Made by a program: the position numbers and the translations under genes. From Candidatus Hydrogenedentota bacterium (lineage in GTDB: Bacteria; UBA8481; J006): a DNA stretch of 64,000 bases. Shown piece by piece: positions 63,394 to 64,000 of the stretch. Numbering within the stretch: the first letter of the stretch is position 1; the number at the start of each line of letters is the position of its first letter. The DNA is taken from positions 3,152 to 67,151 of the forward strand of contig RFFU01000078.1 in assembly GCA_003697085.1 (NCBI GenBank), written 5' to 3'. The notes under the pieces are model-generated. The model was not told the DNA's origin and did not search any database. It saw nothing but the letters and a program-made list of their open reading frames with translations.

Positions 63394-64000
63394 CACACCG
63401 CCTCCTTCCGCCGTCTTTCGGTCTTCCCCACGAACGGGACCAACACTGCAAGAAGAGTTCCCGCTGCAAGGAGCTGTGCGCCTTTTTCGCTTTGCGTCCA
63501 CATTTCCAAACCCGCAAGCGGAAAAGAAAAGAGAAAGATTTGTCTTATTAGGGAGCGGGGAACCCGTCCGAGGAAGAGCCCCAGACTGACAAACGTAAGA
63601 GGCAGCGTCCACCAGGGCGAAAGAGGGATGAGGTCCAGAAAGAGGAAGAGAAGAAGGGGGAGAAGGAGACGAAGGTCCTTCTTGTCAGGCAATTCCGTCG
63701 AGAAGAAGAAAGCGAGAGAGAGAGCCGAGGCGGCCGCAAAGGAGTAGGAGGGTTGACCTGCTCCACGCGCGAGGAAAAGACCGGAAACGACGGCCGGTAG
63801 AAGCGTCAAAGCGGCCGCGTACCGGACCTTTTCATACGTCATTGCCAAGGCTGCGGGGGGAAAGGAGGCCGTGAGAAGAAGAAGACCTTCCCGCTCCCGT
63901 TCCGGCTGAAAGAAGAAAATGAGAAAGAGCAGAGCGGCGAGGGCGACACCGTTGCGCGCCCCTCCGCGGAAGCCCGACACCGCGAGGGAAAAGACGAGGC
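63393..64000 (-). CDS. Hypothetical membrane protein; the 5' end may lie beyond the window
   Basis: The frame is still open at position 64000 (LVFSLA before the GTG at 63980). It contains several hydrophobic helices. Confidence 0.45.
   Translation of the reverse strand, partial: LVFSLAVSGFRGGARNGVALAALLFLIFFFQPEREREGLLLLTASFPPAALAMTYEKVRYAAALTLLPAVVSGLFLARGAGQPSYSFAAASALSLAFFFSTELPDKKDLRLLLPLLLFLFLDLIPLSPWWTLPLTFVSLGLFLGRVPRSLIRQIFLFSFPLAGLEMWTQSEKGAQLLAAGTLLAVLVPFVGKTERRRKEAV

Noticed and set aside
62084-63517. A 477-aa ORF on the minus strand
   Set aside because: It is an alternative frame of the same strand as the polytopic membrane protein 62032..63393. It is Arg/Ser/Pro-rich, whereas the chosen frame gives clean TM helices and start/stop overlaps with its neighbours.
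1-64000. CRISPR arrays, IS elements, integrases and rRNA/tRNA genes
   Set aside because: I found no spaced repeat arrays; the only exact tandem repeat is the 2 x 24 bp. There are no transposase or integrase-like ORFs, even in the AT-rich islands, and no rRNA or tRNA signatures.

Overview
This is a 64-kb, gene-dense stretch of a GC-rich bacterial chromosome. I call about 60 protein-coding genes and recognise no rRNA, tRNA, CRISPR array, transposase or prophage. I cannot assign a lineage; the proteins are Arg/Glu-rich, one carries a prepilin-type N-methylation signal, and GTG/TTG starts are common. Stop and start codons overlap by 1 or 4 nt (ATGA, GTGA, TTGA, TGATG) very often, and I used these overlaps to trim many over-long ORF-track entries. 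Most content is housekeeping: tsaC/sua5, ruvA-pepA-ruvB, ilvB, fdxA, a peroxiredoxin, lipA, rpmE-prfA-prmC-murA-cysS, leuCD, yggS, manC, ilvN-ilvC, trpC, and an ftsEX-like pair. Envelope and transport genes include cbiMQO, an OmpA-family protein, an Slt-type lytic transglycosylase, an M23/LysM peptidase, two GT-C-like membrane proteins and an SLC13 transporter. A molybdenum-hydroxylase (xanthine dehydrogenase family) operon is translationally coupled to sugar-tailoring genes. Two regions are visibly AT-richer than their flanks. Rough hand counts of single 60-nt lines gave about 32-43% GC inside them and well over 60% in one flanking line. Island 1 (about 3.7-7.1 kb) holds a hairpin-rich 780-bp spacer plus an MBOAT/DltD-like pair. 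Island 2 (about 51.5-54.7 kb) holds the most interesting feature: a three-gene cassette on the minus strand. It encodes a VOC/epimerase-like protein, a DltC-like carrier protein, and a fusion of an AAC(3)-type N-acyltransferase domain to a truncated class-II aaRS-like (amino acid:carrier-protein ligase-like) domain. I interpret this as a candidate tRNA- and NRPS-independent aminoacyl-transfer system. All functional calls rest on motif recognition by eye and need HMM or structure confirmation.
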